From assembly GCA_964593365.1 (NCBI GenBank), contig CAZQGQ010000001.1:244585-308584 (forward strand): a DNA stretch of 64,000 nucleotides, read 5' to 3'. The translations under genes were made by a program, and so were the position numbers. The first letter of the stretch is position 1; each line of letters opens with the position of its first letter. Of this stretch, positions 29,073-38,432 are shown one piece after another. The stretch comes from an uncultured Candidatus Saccharibacteria bacterium. GTDB taxonomy: Bacteria; Patescibacteriota; Minisyncoccia; Phycocordibacterales; Phycocordibacteraceae. Below the pieces are notes generated by a model that did no database searches, was not told the origin of the DNA, and saw only the letters and a program-made list of their open reading frames with translations.

Positions 29073-30290
29073 TTATTTCTTATTCCTTCGAAGGAAGGAG
29101 GGGATAGCGCCCCAGCTGTCGTCTTCCTCGACGACCGGCTTCAAATCGTCATCGTTTGCCTTGCGAGTCTTTGCGGTGACGATCGGTTCCTGCTTCTCCC
29201 TCTTCTCTTTCTCAACGACGGGAGCTTCTTCGCTCTTCATATCGTTGTAGATCTTTCCGCGTACTTCCTCCTGTTCCTTGGCTGGCATGGAGAAGAGAGA
29301 GCGAGAGGCGACTGGCGTGCCGTCTGCTGCAAGCTCAGGGAAACCGGTTGCGATCACAATGATGCGGATCTGGCCCTTCTTCAGCTTCTCGTCGCGCATG
29401 ATACCGAAAATGATCTTCGCGTTCTTGTCGACAGACTCTCCGATGACCTTCGCAGCTTCCTGGATCTCCAAGATACCGAGGTCCTCGTTTCCAGCGACGA
29501 CAAAGAGAACGCCGCGTGCGCCGTTAATAGAAACATCGAGGAGTGGGGAGTTGACCGCGTTTGCAGCAGCTTCCTTGGCTCGGTTGTCTCCCTCTGCGAT
29601 GCCGATACCCATGAGGGCAGGACCTGCGCCTTCGACGACTGCCTTGATGTCGTTGAAGTCGGTGTTGATCTCTCCTGGGGTCGTGATGATGTCAGAGACA
29701 CCTTCCACTGCTTGGCGCAGTATCTCGTCTGAAAGGGCGAATGCGGTCTTTGCTGAGGTGCCTGGCTCGACGATAGCGAGAAGCTTATCGTTAGGAATGA
29801 CGATGTAGGCGTCTACTTCCTTCTTAAGCTCGGCAAGACCCTGGTCTGCGATGTCTTTGCGCTGTGCGCCTTCAAAAGCAAACGGGCGAGTAACAACGGC
29901 AACGGTGAGTGCGCCGATCTCCTTTGCAATCTTTGCGACTGCTGGAGCAGCTCCTGTTCCTGTGCCTCCTCCCATACCGCAAGTGATGAACACCATGTCT
30001 GAACCCTGAAGCGCTTCCTGGATTTCCTGGCGGGTCTCTTCTGCTGCGCGTCGTCCGAGATCGGGGTTCATTCCCGTTCCAAGTCCGCGAGTCAGATTCT
30101 TGCCTATATGGATTTTGCGCTTTGCCTGCGATCGGTGGAGGTCCTGCGCGTCTGAGTTGACCGCGATGAACTCCACGTCTTTGACCTTCGAGGCGATCAT
30201 GTGGTTGACCGCATTGAGGCCTGAGCCACCAACGCCAACAACCCGGATTCGGGCGAATGTTTCAACTTCGGGCACGACGCGTTTGGACAT
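29073..30290 (-). CDS. ftsZ: Cell division protein FtsZ
   Basis: VVGVGGSG.NAVN, GMGGGTGTG, C-terminal IPSFLRR. Confidence 0.97.
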   Translation of the reverse strand: MSKRVVPEVETFARIRVVGVGGSGLNAVNHMIASKVKDVEFIAVNSDAQDLHRSQAKRKIHIGKNLTRGLGTGMNPDLGRRAAEETRQEIQEALQGSDMVFITCGMGGGTGTGAAPAVAKIAKEIGALTVAVVTRPFAFEGAQRKDIADQGLAELKKEVDAYIVIPNDKLLAIVEPGTSAKTAFALSDEILRQAVEGVSDIITTPGEINTDFNDIKAVVEGAGPALMGIGIAEGDNRAKEAAANAVNSPLLDVSINGARGVLFVVAGNEDLGILEIQEAAKVIGESVDKNAKIIFGIMRDEKLKKGQIRIIVIATGFPELAADGTPVASRSLFSMPAKEQEEVRGKIYNDMKSEEAPVVEKEKREKQEPIVTAKTRKANDDDLKPVVEEDDSWGAIPSFLRRNKK

Positions 30291-30451
30291 AGGTTTTTAT
30301 TAGCTTATTTGCCGATTTCGCTCATCATACTACAGAACCTCCTCTTGCAAATGGTTGACAATAGGGACGAGAATGTCGTGTTTATAAAAAGAAAGTCCCC
30401 GCCTTACGACGGGGGCAGTCAATCAAATGACCTTGCGAAGGTCACTAGTCT

Positions 30452-30739
30452 TCAGGAAGCGTGCGCGAACGCTTCTCCAGCCTTGTATTGTAACCAGAGC
30501 CCGACTTCAGCGCGTCTTCGTTCTTCGACCCGGTCTGCAAATGCACACGTTCCCTGGAAATTAGGATTCGCATACACTCGCTTCTTGAGTACCAGAAACT
30601 CGGACGAAAGTTGGCGCGGGGGCAGGAGCACGTTTGAAAGCTCCTTTCCCTGCGCTATCGCTTTGTGCAGCTCCGGAAAGTCTTCCGGCGGGTAGAGGCG
30701 TTTGGCTTCTTCCGTGAAGGTAGTTGTGTACGTTGGCAT
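30452..30739 (-). CDS. Orphan hypothetical protein between ftsA and ftsZ
   Basis: 95-aa ORF with AAGGGGG SD-like sequence and downstream hairpins. Confidence 0.5.
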   Translation of the reverse strand: MPTYTTTFTEEAKRLYPPEDFPELHKAIAQGKELSNVLLPPRQLSSEFLVLKKRVYANPNFQGTCAFADRVEERRRAEVGLWLQYKAGEAFAHAS

Positions 30740-30820
30740 CGTTCCCCCCTTGGGAAATGACGTTCGGACTCACGTGGCCTCCGACAGGCTCACTCAGTAT
30801 CTACTCAAAGCTTCCTTTCT

Positions 30821-31990
30821 TCAAGGAAGGAATTGCCTAAAGAATTTTGAAATGATGCGCGTGGTTCCAGCAAATGCGGGGCGAGCTGGGGTGTCCGTGT
30901 CTCCGGTGAGCCCCCAAAGCGCAAGTCCGTATGCAACGGCCCACGTCGCGTCCCGGATCTTCGTTTCAGGAGGAACTTGCAGATCTGCAATGCGTGAGGG
31001 AAGCGCAAGCGCGCCGCGTGCGATCTCGCTTACCGATCCCTGGCCGCTACCGCCGCCTGACAAAATAATTCCAGCAGGAAGGCTGCCGCGTTTTCCTAGC
31101 GTCTTCAAATGCTTGTCGACGAGCTCAAACATATGGCGGAAGCGAGAGGTGATGACCTCATCTACTTTGCGTTTCGGGTACATGGATCCGCCAAGGCGTC
31201 CCGTTTTGATGCGCTCAGCGTCTTCAAGCGAGACCCGAAAGCCAAGCGCAAGGTCGTCAGTGATGCCGGTAGACCCGGCTGGAAAGACTTTGATCGAGAC
31301 CGGTACGTTCTCGTCATAGACCACGATGGAAAGCGTCTCTGCTCCGATGTTCGCCAAGACGCATCCTTTCATCTTCTGGTCCTTCGTGAGGGTCACGTAG
31401 GAGCCTGCAAGCGGGGAAGCCATGCAATCGACTACTTCTATGTCTGCAGCTTCCGCAGCTCCCTGGAGCATGTCTGCGTGGCTCTGGAGGCACGTGACAA
31501 ACAAGTACTCGCCTTCGATTCTCGTACCTTTCATGCCGCGTGGGTCTCCAAGGGCTTTCGTCCCGTCTACGCGAAACTCAAGCGGGATCTCATGCAAGAC
31601 TTTGCGATTAAGGAAATGAGGCTCGGCAGCCTGGCGAGCGCTATCAAGCACTTTCTCTATATCTAAATCAGTGATCTCGGCATCAGCGCGAGAGATGATG
31701 GCTTCGCCTGTCGCTCTCGCTTCATCAAGTGAGATGCCGCCAATTGCGAGGAATGCGTTCTTAATCTTGGTACGCGCTGCAGCTTCAGCTTGGGCCACTG
31801 CCGCTCGGACGCCCTCAGCTGCGTCTTCGAGATCAACGACGTAGCCGTGGCGCATGCCGCCAGAGGGCGCCATGCCAGTTCCGACGATCCGGAGCTGTGA
31901 GCCGTTTTGGGTAGGGACTTCCTCAACGACGACGACTTTCGTCTGGTGCGTTCCGAGGTCGATGCCCGTTGCGATTCTTCGTCGTGTCAT
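30821..31990 (-). CDS. ftsA: Cell division protein FtsA
   Basis: GIDLGT..TKVVV, NIGAET, ILSGGG actin-like motifs; upstream of ftsZ. Confidence 0.92.
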   Translation of the reverse strand: MTRRRIATGIDLGTHQTKVVVVEEVPTQNGSQLRIVGTGMAPSGGMRHGYVVDLEDAAEGVRAAVAQAEAAARTKIKNAFLAIGGISLDEARATGEAIISRADAEITDLDIEKVLDSARQAAEPHFLNRKVLHEIPLEFRVDGTKALGDPRGMKGTRIEGEYLFVTCLQSHADMLQGAAEAADIEVVDCMASPLAGSYVTLTKDQKMKGCVLANIGAETLSIVVYDENVPVSIKVFPAGSTGITDDLALGFRVSLEDAERIKTGRLGGSMYPKRKVDEVITSRFRHMFELVDKHLKTLGKRGSLPAGIILSGGGSGQGSVSEIARGALALPSRIADLQVPPETKIRDATWAVAYGLALWGLTGDTDTPARPAFAGTTRIISKFFRQFLP

Positions 31991-32378
31991 TGTTAGTAGT
32001 ACTAGAAGCGAGACGCTTAAGAAGCGCTCGTTCCGCTTTCTCCATTGTAGGCCCGTGTGCCCTTCCTTTCAAATGCATAAGTCCGTGGATAAAAAGAAAG
32101 AGGACGAAAACGGGGTACGACATCTCGTAACTTTTTGCTTGGCGAGCGGCTTCTGGAAGGCAGATAACGATCTCTCCGCTTTTCACACCAGCCTCATAGG
32201 AGAGAACATTCGGGACATAGGACTTGCCTCTAAGCGATTCGTTCATCGACTTCGCGCGCGCGTCTCCGACAAACACGAGCGAGACTTCCCAGGAAGGGAG
32301 AACGGATTTTGCAGCAGCGTCAAACGCACAACGAGGCGCTTGGCGCCTCGTCATGTTTCGTATGCTCACTCCCTGCAT
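31923..32378 (-). CDS. ybeY: rRNA maturation endoribonuclease YbeY
   Basis: N...RGK..PNVLS, IHGLMHLKG..H. Confidence 0.9.
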   Translation of the reverse strand: MQGVSIRNMTRRQAPRCAFDAAAKSVLPSWEVSLVFVGDARAKSMNESLRGKSYVPNVLSYEAGVKSGEIVICLPEAARQAKSYEMSYPVFVLFLFIHGLMHLKGRAHGPTMEKAERALLKRLASSTTNNDTTKNRNGHRPRNAPDESRRR

Positions 32379-32383
32379 GCGGT

Positions 32384-32644
32384 TTACTTCTTTCGCCCGC
32401 GAGTACGTGCTGAAAGGTCGATCTTGCCGAGCTTCACGAGCTCGTTGAACTTATCGCGGCGCTCGCCTGCAACCATCGCTCGCTTGTGGTCCACGTTCTT
32501 GGACTTCTGGCGCTCGAAGTAGCGGCGCTTGCGCATCATGCGCACGAGGTTGAGGCCCTGCGCGCGGCGGGAGAATCGGCGGATGAGCGAGGTCGAACTT
32601 TCGTTCTTTCCGCGCTTAACCTCTACACGTACTGCATTGATCAT
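32384..32644 (-). CDS. rpsU: 30S ribosomal protein bS21
   Basis: VEVKR..NES..SLIRRFSRR, RRYFER; small basic protein. Confidence 0.8.
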   Translation of the reverse strand: MINAVRVEVKRGKNESSTSLIRRFSRRAQGLNLVRMMRKRRYFERQKSKNVDHKRAMVAGERRDKFNELVKLGKIDLSARTRGRKK

Positions 32645-32723
32645 GTGAGGAGAAATCTAACATACCCCCAGGTGGAAGGCAACAATTTGGCTGCTTGAGA
32701 TAACCTAGAAAATTTCCTATATA

Positions 32724-32752
32724 TTGACAATATCGTTTTTACGTATTAAAAT
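32724..32752 (+). promoter_or_regulatory. Sigma70-type promoter
   Basis: TTGACA-N17-TAAAAT. Confidence 0.7.
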
Positions 32753-32788
32753 ACTTGCTGGCAATAACGCCAGCAATGGGGTTTGAAC

Positions 32789-33019
32789 ATGTCGGTGATC
32801 GAAGCAATCTTGATGTTGTGTGCAGTCGGTGTGGTAATGGGGGTTGGATCCCCACTCTGGCTCATCTGGCAACGGATGACGCGCAGTTTGACAGCGGTGG
32901 ACGTGGTTCTTGGAGTGCTGGTTACGGCCGGCGGCTTCTTCCTCCCATACGCATTCTTTTACCTCTCCGATGATTGGGTCCAAACCAGTCTGCGACAATA
33001 TCTCGAATCTCGATTCTAA
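32789..33019 (+). CDS. Small two-TM orphan protein
   Basis: MSVIEAILMLCAVGVVMG...; own promoter and hairpin at 33024-33053. Confidence 0.55.
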   Translation: MSVIEAILMLCAVGVVMGVGSPLWLIWQRMTRSLTAVDVVLGVLVTAGGFFLPYAFFYLSDDWVQTSLRQYLESRF

Positions 33020-33103
33020 GACGAGGGCGACGCTTAAAGTAAAGCGTCGCCCTAGCCATTTATATAGTGAACTTAGCTGGATGTCGGGAATTTGAAACGT
33101 CTT

Positions 33104-34243
33104 CTATGCAACCGCACGAAGCCTATCAATAAGAAATTCAAGCGGGATCGAGGACTCTGAATGGGTCTCGCGCTCTCGAAGGATGACTGAGCGCTCCAAC
33201 GCTTCCTTGCGGCCCATGATAAGGAGGTAGGGAGGGTTCAAGCTCTCTGCGTAACGCATCTGCTCGGCCAAAGACTCAACGCCAAGGATCTGAGCGAGCG
33301 GAATCTTTGCTTTTCGAAGGTGGTCTGCCATTTTCATACTCTCTCGCTTCGCTTCGTCTCCGATGTGCACGAACACGAATCGCGGATTCTTCCGTTCTTT
33401 GAGGGGAGCGATGTTTGAGCGCGCTTCAGTCGACACGCGAACGACAGCTCCGACAGATGACAATGCTCCCTTGAAGAAATGCTTTGCAAGGTCCACGTAG
33501 CGGGAACCCCACGCACTCACGCGCTCTCCAGCTTGAATCTCAAAGCAGGTATCGTTCCAAGATCCTCCGCGAGAGAGCAGATGCGGAGCAAGTTCGTATG
33601 ACGTATCAGTCGCTTCAAGATATTCGAGGACTCCTTCAAAGTGTTTGCGGCTTGCTTCGGAGAGGTGATCGGTCGAGGACGGAAGATTTTCAGGCGAGAG
33701 CGGGATGAGCATCTCCGCTGCAGCAAACACATCGTCTTTGGCGCGTTCTGAGCAATCAGTAGGCAAGGTGCCTGCGCGCTTGCGGAAGTAATGCGTAAGC
33801 TCGCGCGTAAGCCGTGCTCGCGTCTCGCGGTCTCCCATCGAATTGATGCGAAGCGATGAGTCCACTTTCCCAAGTTCAGAGGCAAGCGAGCGGACAGCGC
33901 GGATCAATACCGCGTCTGCGATCGCGCGATCCGCGCCTATGGCATGGAACTGGATGATGATCTGTTTTGGAGAGGTGCGTCCTGGAGCGGCGTTGGTGTG
34001 CCAGAGGAAAAGTGGGCGTCCGACAGCGGGAGCAAGTCCTGCATCTTTGACTCGCTTCAAGAATCCGACGACTTCGCGTGCTGAAGGATCAAGCGCGTCA
34101 AGAGAAAGGCCATCGGGGAATGCGGTCTTCTGCGCGCTTGCGCGACTCTTGGAAGCTGCAGAGGAGAAGGATTCAAACCCGTAGTAAGCACCAACAGCGT
34201 GCGCGCGCTTCAAGACGTCTACGGGATCTAGTGTGGTGTTCAT
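33104..34243 (-). CDS. Degenerate histidyl-tRNA synthetase-like protein with HGTP-type anticodon-binding domain
   Basis: LRINSMGD..R, HFEGVLEYLE, L.RG..W...FEI, GSRY..LA; C-terminal anticodon-binding fold; canonical motif 2 (FRxERP) absent. Confidence 0.72.
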   Translation of the reverse strand: MNTTLDPVDVLKRAHAVGAYYGFESFSSAASKSRASAQKTAFPDGLSLDALDPSAREVVGFLKRVKDAGLAPAVGRPLFLWHTNAAPGRTSPKQIIIQFHAIGADRAIADAVLIRAVRSLASELGKVDSSLRINSMGDRETRARLTRELTHYFRKRAGTLPTDCSERAKDDVFAAAEMLIPLSPENLPSSTDHLSEASRKHFEGVLEYLEATDTSYELAPHLLSRGGSWNDTCFEIQAGERVSAWGSRYVDLAKHFFKGALSSVGAVVRVSTEARSNIAPLKERKNPRFVFVHIGDEAKRESMKMADHLRKAKIPLAQILGVESLAEQMRYAESLNPPYLLIMGRKEALERSVILRERETHSESSIPLEFLIDRLRAVA

Positions 34244-34788
34244 TGCGGGAGGACAACGGCGCCAGGCAATACGCCTGCGTTTGCGACCGGGAAGATGCGC
34301 ACGTACGCGCGTCCCATGATGTCTTCGCGAGGAAGCGCCCCCCAGACCCTTGAGTCCGAGCTTTTTGGTCGGTTATCTCCCATGGCAAAGAACTGATCGG
34401 GTCCCAAGGTGCTTGTGAGCGTGTAGGTAGCGTCTTCAGAGACCACATACGGCTCATCAAGAATGACTGTTTCGCCCTCTGCGGTGGTAACGGTGACGGT
34501 ACCGCGCTCGATACGAACTGTTTCTCCAGGAAGACCGATCAAACGCTTGATATAAAAGACGCGCGGATCGTTCGGGTAGCGGAATACGACAACGTCGCCA
34601 CGAGACGGCTCATTAAAGCGGTAGGAAAGCTCATCAATGATGAGGTAATCACCGTTCTCGAAGGTTGGATACATCGAGAGGCCCTCGACAACAAACGGCT
34701 GCGCGATAAACACGCGGATGGGGACGACAATAAGTACTGCGAGAATCACCAGAACGACAATTTCTCGAAGAGCTCTCATGGTCGCCAT
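34240..34788 (-). CDS. lepB: Signal peptidase I
   Basis: GLSMYPT, YIKRLIGLPG, MGDNR..SSDSR.WG. Confidence 0.95.
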   Translation of the reverse strand: MATMRALREIVVLVILAVLIVVPIRVFIAQPFVVEGLSMYPTFENGDYLIIDELSYRFNEPSRGDVVVFRYPNDPRVFYIKRLIGLPGETVRIERGTVTVTTAEGETVILDEPYVVSEDATYTLTSTLGPDQFFAMGDNRPKSSDSRVWGALPREDIMGRAYVRIFPVANAGVLPGAVVLPQ

Positions 34789-34852
34789 TGTACGCTTCGC
34801 TTTTTGACGCGCAAGTTTTCGGGGGCGCCCCTATGCGGTACACTAGAAACCA

Positions 34853-35449
34853 ATGGCGTTTGTACTAGTCGGACTGGGAAATCCGGGTAACGAATATGAG
34901 AAGACGCGGCACAATGCAGGACGCCGCGTTGTCGAACTCTTTGCAAAAAAGCACGGCTTCCCAGAATTCGTCCTCAAAAAGGGAGCGAACGCGCTCATCT
35001 CTGAAGGAACGGTCGGAAAAAACAAGGTAATACTCGCGCTTCCCGAGACCATGATGAACCGTTCGGGAGTTACCGCAGCTGCGCTAGTGAAAAGCGTGAA
35101 GGCTGCCAAGCAGATGCTCGTGATTCAAGACGAACTTGATATGCCGCTAGGCGCTCTGAAGATGGTGTTCGGGCGAAACTCAGGAGGACATAAGGGAGTC
35201 GAGAGCGTGATGCGTGCGGTGAAGACGAAAGAGTTCGCCAGGCTTCGCGTTGGAATCTCAGGAGCCGGAAAGAAGCATCAAGCCAAGAAACCATCTGGCG
35301 AAGAGAAGGTTGTGAAGCACGTCATTGGAAAATGGAAACCGACCGAAGAAGCGCTTTTGAAAAAAACACTCGCCAAGGCAAGCGATGCGGCGTACGCGTT
35401 CATTGAGGAAGGACTTGAGAAAGCGATGCAGCAGGCAAACACAAAATAA
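34853..35449 (+). CDS. pth: Peptidyl-tRNA hydrolase
   Basis: VGLGNPG..Y..TRHNAG, MMNRSG, GGHKG, RLRVGI. Confidence 0.95.
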   Translation: MAFVLVGLGNPGNEYEKTRHNAGRRVVELFAKKHGFPEFVLKKGANALISEGTVGKNKVILALPETMMNRSGVTAAALVKSVKAAKQMLVIQDELDMPLGALKMVFGRNSGGHKGVESVMRAVKTKEFARLRVGISGAGKKHQAKKPSGEEKVVKHVIGKWKPTEEALLKKTLAKASDAAYAFIEEGLEKAMQQANTK

Positions 35450-35451
35450 GT

Positions 35452-36213
35452 ATGCAGAAGACCTATCCCTTTCGAACGCGCTTTGGAGCTGACATCGTCA
35501 CGGAGTTTCTTCCTCCTGTCCGCCATTCAAACAAAGTCGTGATCCTGACAGCGGGATGTCCTGGATATCCAGGCGGCAAAGAAACGCTCATGCATCTTCT
35601 GGCAAGTAGAGGCTACTGGTCCTTTGTTCCGCGCTACCGAGGAACGTGGGAGAGCGGGGGAACATTCTTGGAATACGCGCCAAACGAAGACGTGATCGCC
35701 GTCATGGACGGGATGCAGGAAGAATTCTACGACCTGTGGAGCGGGTCCGAGTATCGCGTGCAAAACCCAGAAATCTATTTGATCGGAGGATCCTTCGGAG
35801 GAGCAGCGGCGCTTCTTGCCTCTCGCGATCCTCGAGTAAAGAAAGCGGCAACCATCTCCGCTGTTGTTGATTGGAAGAAGCAGGAGCAGACCCTAGAGCC
35901 GCTCCATCTTATGAGCGAGTACGTTCCGCAGGCCTTTGGCCAAGGATATCGTTCGGATCCGTCCGTCTGGATGAAGCTTGCTGCAGGCGGTTTTTATAAC
36001 CCAGAAGAAGAGAAGGAATCGATCGATGGGAAGAAGCTCCTCATGATCCACGCCAAGAACGACATGGTGGTGCACTTTGCGCCTGCACTTGAGTTTGCAA
36101 AGAGCGTGGGCGCGCAGTTTGTCGCGCTCTCGTATGACGGGCATATGGGAGTGGGAGCTGCAGGAGAACCGAAGCTCTTCCGGCGCATAGAGAAGTTTTT
36201 CAGGACAAAATAG
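35452..36213 (+). CDS. Alpha/beta hydrolase (S9-like)
   Basis: GGSFGG nucleophile elbow, HAKND, GH. Confidence 0.85.
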   Translation: MQKTYPFRTRFGADIVTEFLPPVRHSNKVVILTAGCPGYPGGKETLMHLLASRGYWSFVPRYRGTWESGGTFLEYAPNEDVIAVMDGMQEEFYDLWSGSEYRVQNPEIYLIGGSFGGAAALLASRDPRVKKAATISAVVDWKKQEQTLEPLHLMSEYVPQAFGQGYRSDPSVWMKLAAGGFYNPEEEKESIDGKKLLMIHAKNDMVVHFAPALEFAKSVGAQFVALSYDGHMGVGAAGEPKLFRRIEKFFRTK

Positions 36214-36254
36214 GCTTCGAATTCTAGCCCGCTACACTACGATATACTTCTTCT

Positions 36255-36602
36255 ATGGATCATAAACAACTTAGCATAGGCTTCGTAGCGCTCGTAATAG
36301 GGCTAGGCGTGGGATACATGCTTAATACAACCCCCGTGCAGGTTGTTGAGGACGACACTGCCATGCATGGTGAAATGGAAAGCATGACAGGAGGTCTAAA
36401 AGGAAAAGTAAGCGATGATTTTGATAAGGCCTTTCTTGCAGAAATGATTGTGCACCACGAGGGCGCTATAGATATGGCGGAGGCAGCACTTCAAAACGCT
36501 AAGCACGAAGAGATAAAGACTATGGCAAATGCAATCATCTCTGCACAGACATCTGAAATCGTTCAGATGAAGGAGTGGCTGAGCAACTGGTACGGACAAT
36601 AA
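36255..36602 (+). CDS. DUF305 family protein
   Basis: FDKAFL.EMIVHHEGAIDMA, II.AQ..EI.QM..W. Confidence 0.9.
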   Translation: MDHKQLSIGFVALVIGLGVGYMLNTTPVQVVEDDTAMHGEMESMTGGLKGKVSDDFDKAFLAEMIVHHEGAIDMAEAALQNAKHEEIKTMANAIISAQTSEIVQMKEWLSNWYGQ

Positions 36603-37228
36603 TGAGCCTCACTACTCTTAGGCGCCCTCTCGAATCATTCGGATTTGTCGAACGAGAGCGGCGTAACGGCAAGCAACTACATTTCAAATGCGAGAGAGAT
36701 TTCCTGTATTTCTGTCTCAATTTCTACTTTCCTGAGAAGTTCAATGCTTCGGCATGCAATCCAGAAGACATTGATCAGAGAAAACTCTTCGGGACACCAG
36801 TTCCTAAATATCTCGCTTGGACACAAATTCAATATTTCGATATGCCCGCTTTTTTCAAAAAGCACGGTCTCACGTTGTATATCAATAACCAGAAAATATC
36901 CTCCTATTTCAGCTTGATGTGGGCTATTTTGTTTTCAAGATTATCTCTAGATGAAGCGATGATCTCTCTTGAAGCCAATATAAATAACAATATCGCTTGT
37001 GCCATTGATATCCCTATAGAAAAGAAGAAATTTGTCCTCCTCGATCATGTAATGTTCGTCTATGGCTACGACAGTGAAAACGCCTACGTGTTTGATACCC
37101 TTACAGTTCCTGGACTTGCCTACGAAAGAATAAGAGACGACATACACTACTTTAAGTTGCCACGAGCAGTAATCGAGAAGAACTGGTGTCTATTTGGTCG
37201 GGTGTGGAGGGTGGAAAAGACTGCATAG
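36602..37228 (+). CDS. AT-rich hypothetical protein, possible C39-like papain-fold peptidase (cassette 1)
   Basis: Q...KC near the N-terminus and HVMFVYGYD..AYVFD (Cys-His-Asp order); start overlaps the DUF305 stop (TAATG). Confidence 0.55.
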   Translation: MSLTTLRRPLESFGFVERERRNGKQLHFKCERDFLYFCLNFYFPEKFNASACNPEDIDQRKLFGTPVPKYLAWTQIQYFDMPAFFKKHGLTLYINNQKISSYFSLMWAILFSRLSLDEAMISLEANINNNIACAIDIPIEKKKFVLLDHVMFVYGYDSENAYVFDTLTVPGLAYERIRDDIHYFKLPRAVIEKNWCLFGRVWRVEKTA

Positions 37229-37256
37229 GGTTCCAACATCGTCCCAGACAGCCAGC
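37229..37256 (+). repeat. 28-bp cassette-boundary repeat, copy 1
   Basis: GGTTCCAACATCGTCCCAGACAGCCAGC immediately after the stop at 37228. Confidence 0.95.
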
Positions 37257-37282
37257 TAATAAGTTTATGCTACAGTCTTGTC

Positions 37283-37828
37283 ATGATTAAGATCACGTAC
37301 TTCGTACACGGTACGACCGTAGATAACCAAAATGACATTTCTTCCGGCTGGTCGGATGCTCCACTTTCCGAACTTGGTATTCAGCAGTCCAAAGATCTCA
37401 GGGAGCAAACGAAAGATATGCATTTCGATGTGGTCTTTTGTTCAGATTTACAACGCGCACAGATTTCGGCAGAGCTTGCCTGGAAAGGTCTGTACGAAAT
37501 CATTCCTGATGCTCGTCTTCGAGAATGTAATTATGGGGATTTAAATGGAGGACCATCGGAGATCGTCGAGCCGCTCCAGGAAAAGGAAATGCATTACAAA
37601 CCCTTTCCTGGGGGCGAAAGCTATGAAGACGTTAAGAATCGCGTAGCTGACTTTCTCGAGTTTCTTAAAGCAAACTATGACGGTAAGCATGTCGCTCTTG
37701 TGGGCCATAAGGCCCCTCAGCTTTCGCTCAATGTCTTACTTAAAGGCATGACCTGGGATGAGGCGCTCGCAAGCGACTGGCGCAAGACTAAGTCATGGAA
37801 GCCAGGTTGGGAATATCAGCTAGATTAA
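37283..37828 (+). CDS. Histidine phosphatase (phosphoglycerate mutase-like) family protein (cassette 2)
   Basis: VHG in place of RHG, SDL.RA..SA, LRECNYG, GGES, VGH. Confidence 0.85.
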   Translation: MIKITYFVHGTTVDNQNDISSGWSDAPLSELGIQQSKDLREQTKDMHFDVVFCSDLQRAQISAELAWKGLYEIIPDARLRECNYGDLNGGPSEIVEPLQEKEMHYKPFPGGESYEDVKNRVADFLEFLKANYDGKHVALVGHKAPQLSLNVLLKGMTWDEALASDWRKTKSWKPGWEYQLD

Positions 37829-37835
37829 GCAAAAA

Positions 37836-37863
37836 AGTTCCAGCATCGTCCCAGACAGCCAGC
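37836..37863 (+). repeat. 28-bp repeat, copy 2 (26/28)
   Basis: AGTTCCAGCATCGTCCCAGACAGCCAGC, 7 nt after the stop at 37828. Confidence 0.95.
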
Positions 37864-37883
37864 AATAAGTTAGAATTGAACCT

Positions 37884-38432
37884 ATGGATTCAAGGATTCT
37901 GAATGTAATAGATCAAGAAGGGAATATTGTTCGTGAAGCTACACGGGAGGAAATACATAAGAACGGTCTTCTGCACGCTGAAGTGCATGTCTTGTTTTAC
38001 ACACCAGATAGGAAAGTCATCTTTCAACATCGTGCAAAAGACAAGGACACTTATCCAGATCTTTTGGATGCGACTGTTGGAGGTCATGTCGAACCTGGCG
38101 ACACTTATGAAGAAACAGCGTTGAAAGAAGCTGGAGAAGAGGTGGGTATTTCTGTAGATCCCAAAAGCCTTATCCCTCTTCGCACAGTTATAACAAAATC
38201 ATATGATGAGGTAACGGGAACCATCAATCATCCGAGGCGCAGTATTTATGCATATCGATACGAGGGTGCGTTAGAGGACTTACGTATCGAAGAAGGGAAA
38301 GCGATTGGGTTTGAGGCCTGGTCTATCGATAAGCTTTTTGCTTTAACAATAGACGAGCAGAAGAAGTTCATTCCACTACTTATTGGAGATATTTACATCG
38401 ATATCTATAAACAAATTCAAGATTTAATATGA
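37884..38432 (+). CDS. NUDIX hydrolase (IDI-like) (cassette 3)
   Basis: GGHVEPGDTYEETALKEAGEEVGI Nudix box; H..VHV, R...KD.YP. Confidence 0.9.
   Translation: MDSRILNVIDQEGNIVREATREEIHKNGLLHAEVHVLFYTPDRKVIFQHRAKDKDTYPDLLDATVGGHVEPGDTYEETALKEAGEEVGISVDPKSLIPLRTVITKSYDEVTGTINHPRRSIYAYRYEGALEDLRIEEGKAIGFEAWSIDKLFALTIDEQKKFIPLLIGDIYIDIYKQIQDLI

Noticed and set aside
30361-30376. GGGACGAGA 9-mer matching the 59 kb site downstream of orphan 30452-30739
   Set aside because: Only 9 nt match, the GTTCSAA core is absent, and it lies far from the stop; could be chance.
31923-31990. 68-nt ybeY/ftsA overlap as a recoding signal
   Set aside because: The overlapping YbeY tail looks like simple stop-codon drift; no slippery site or stimulatory structure seen.
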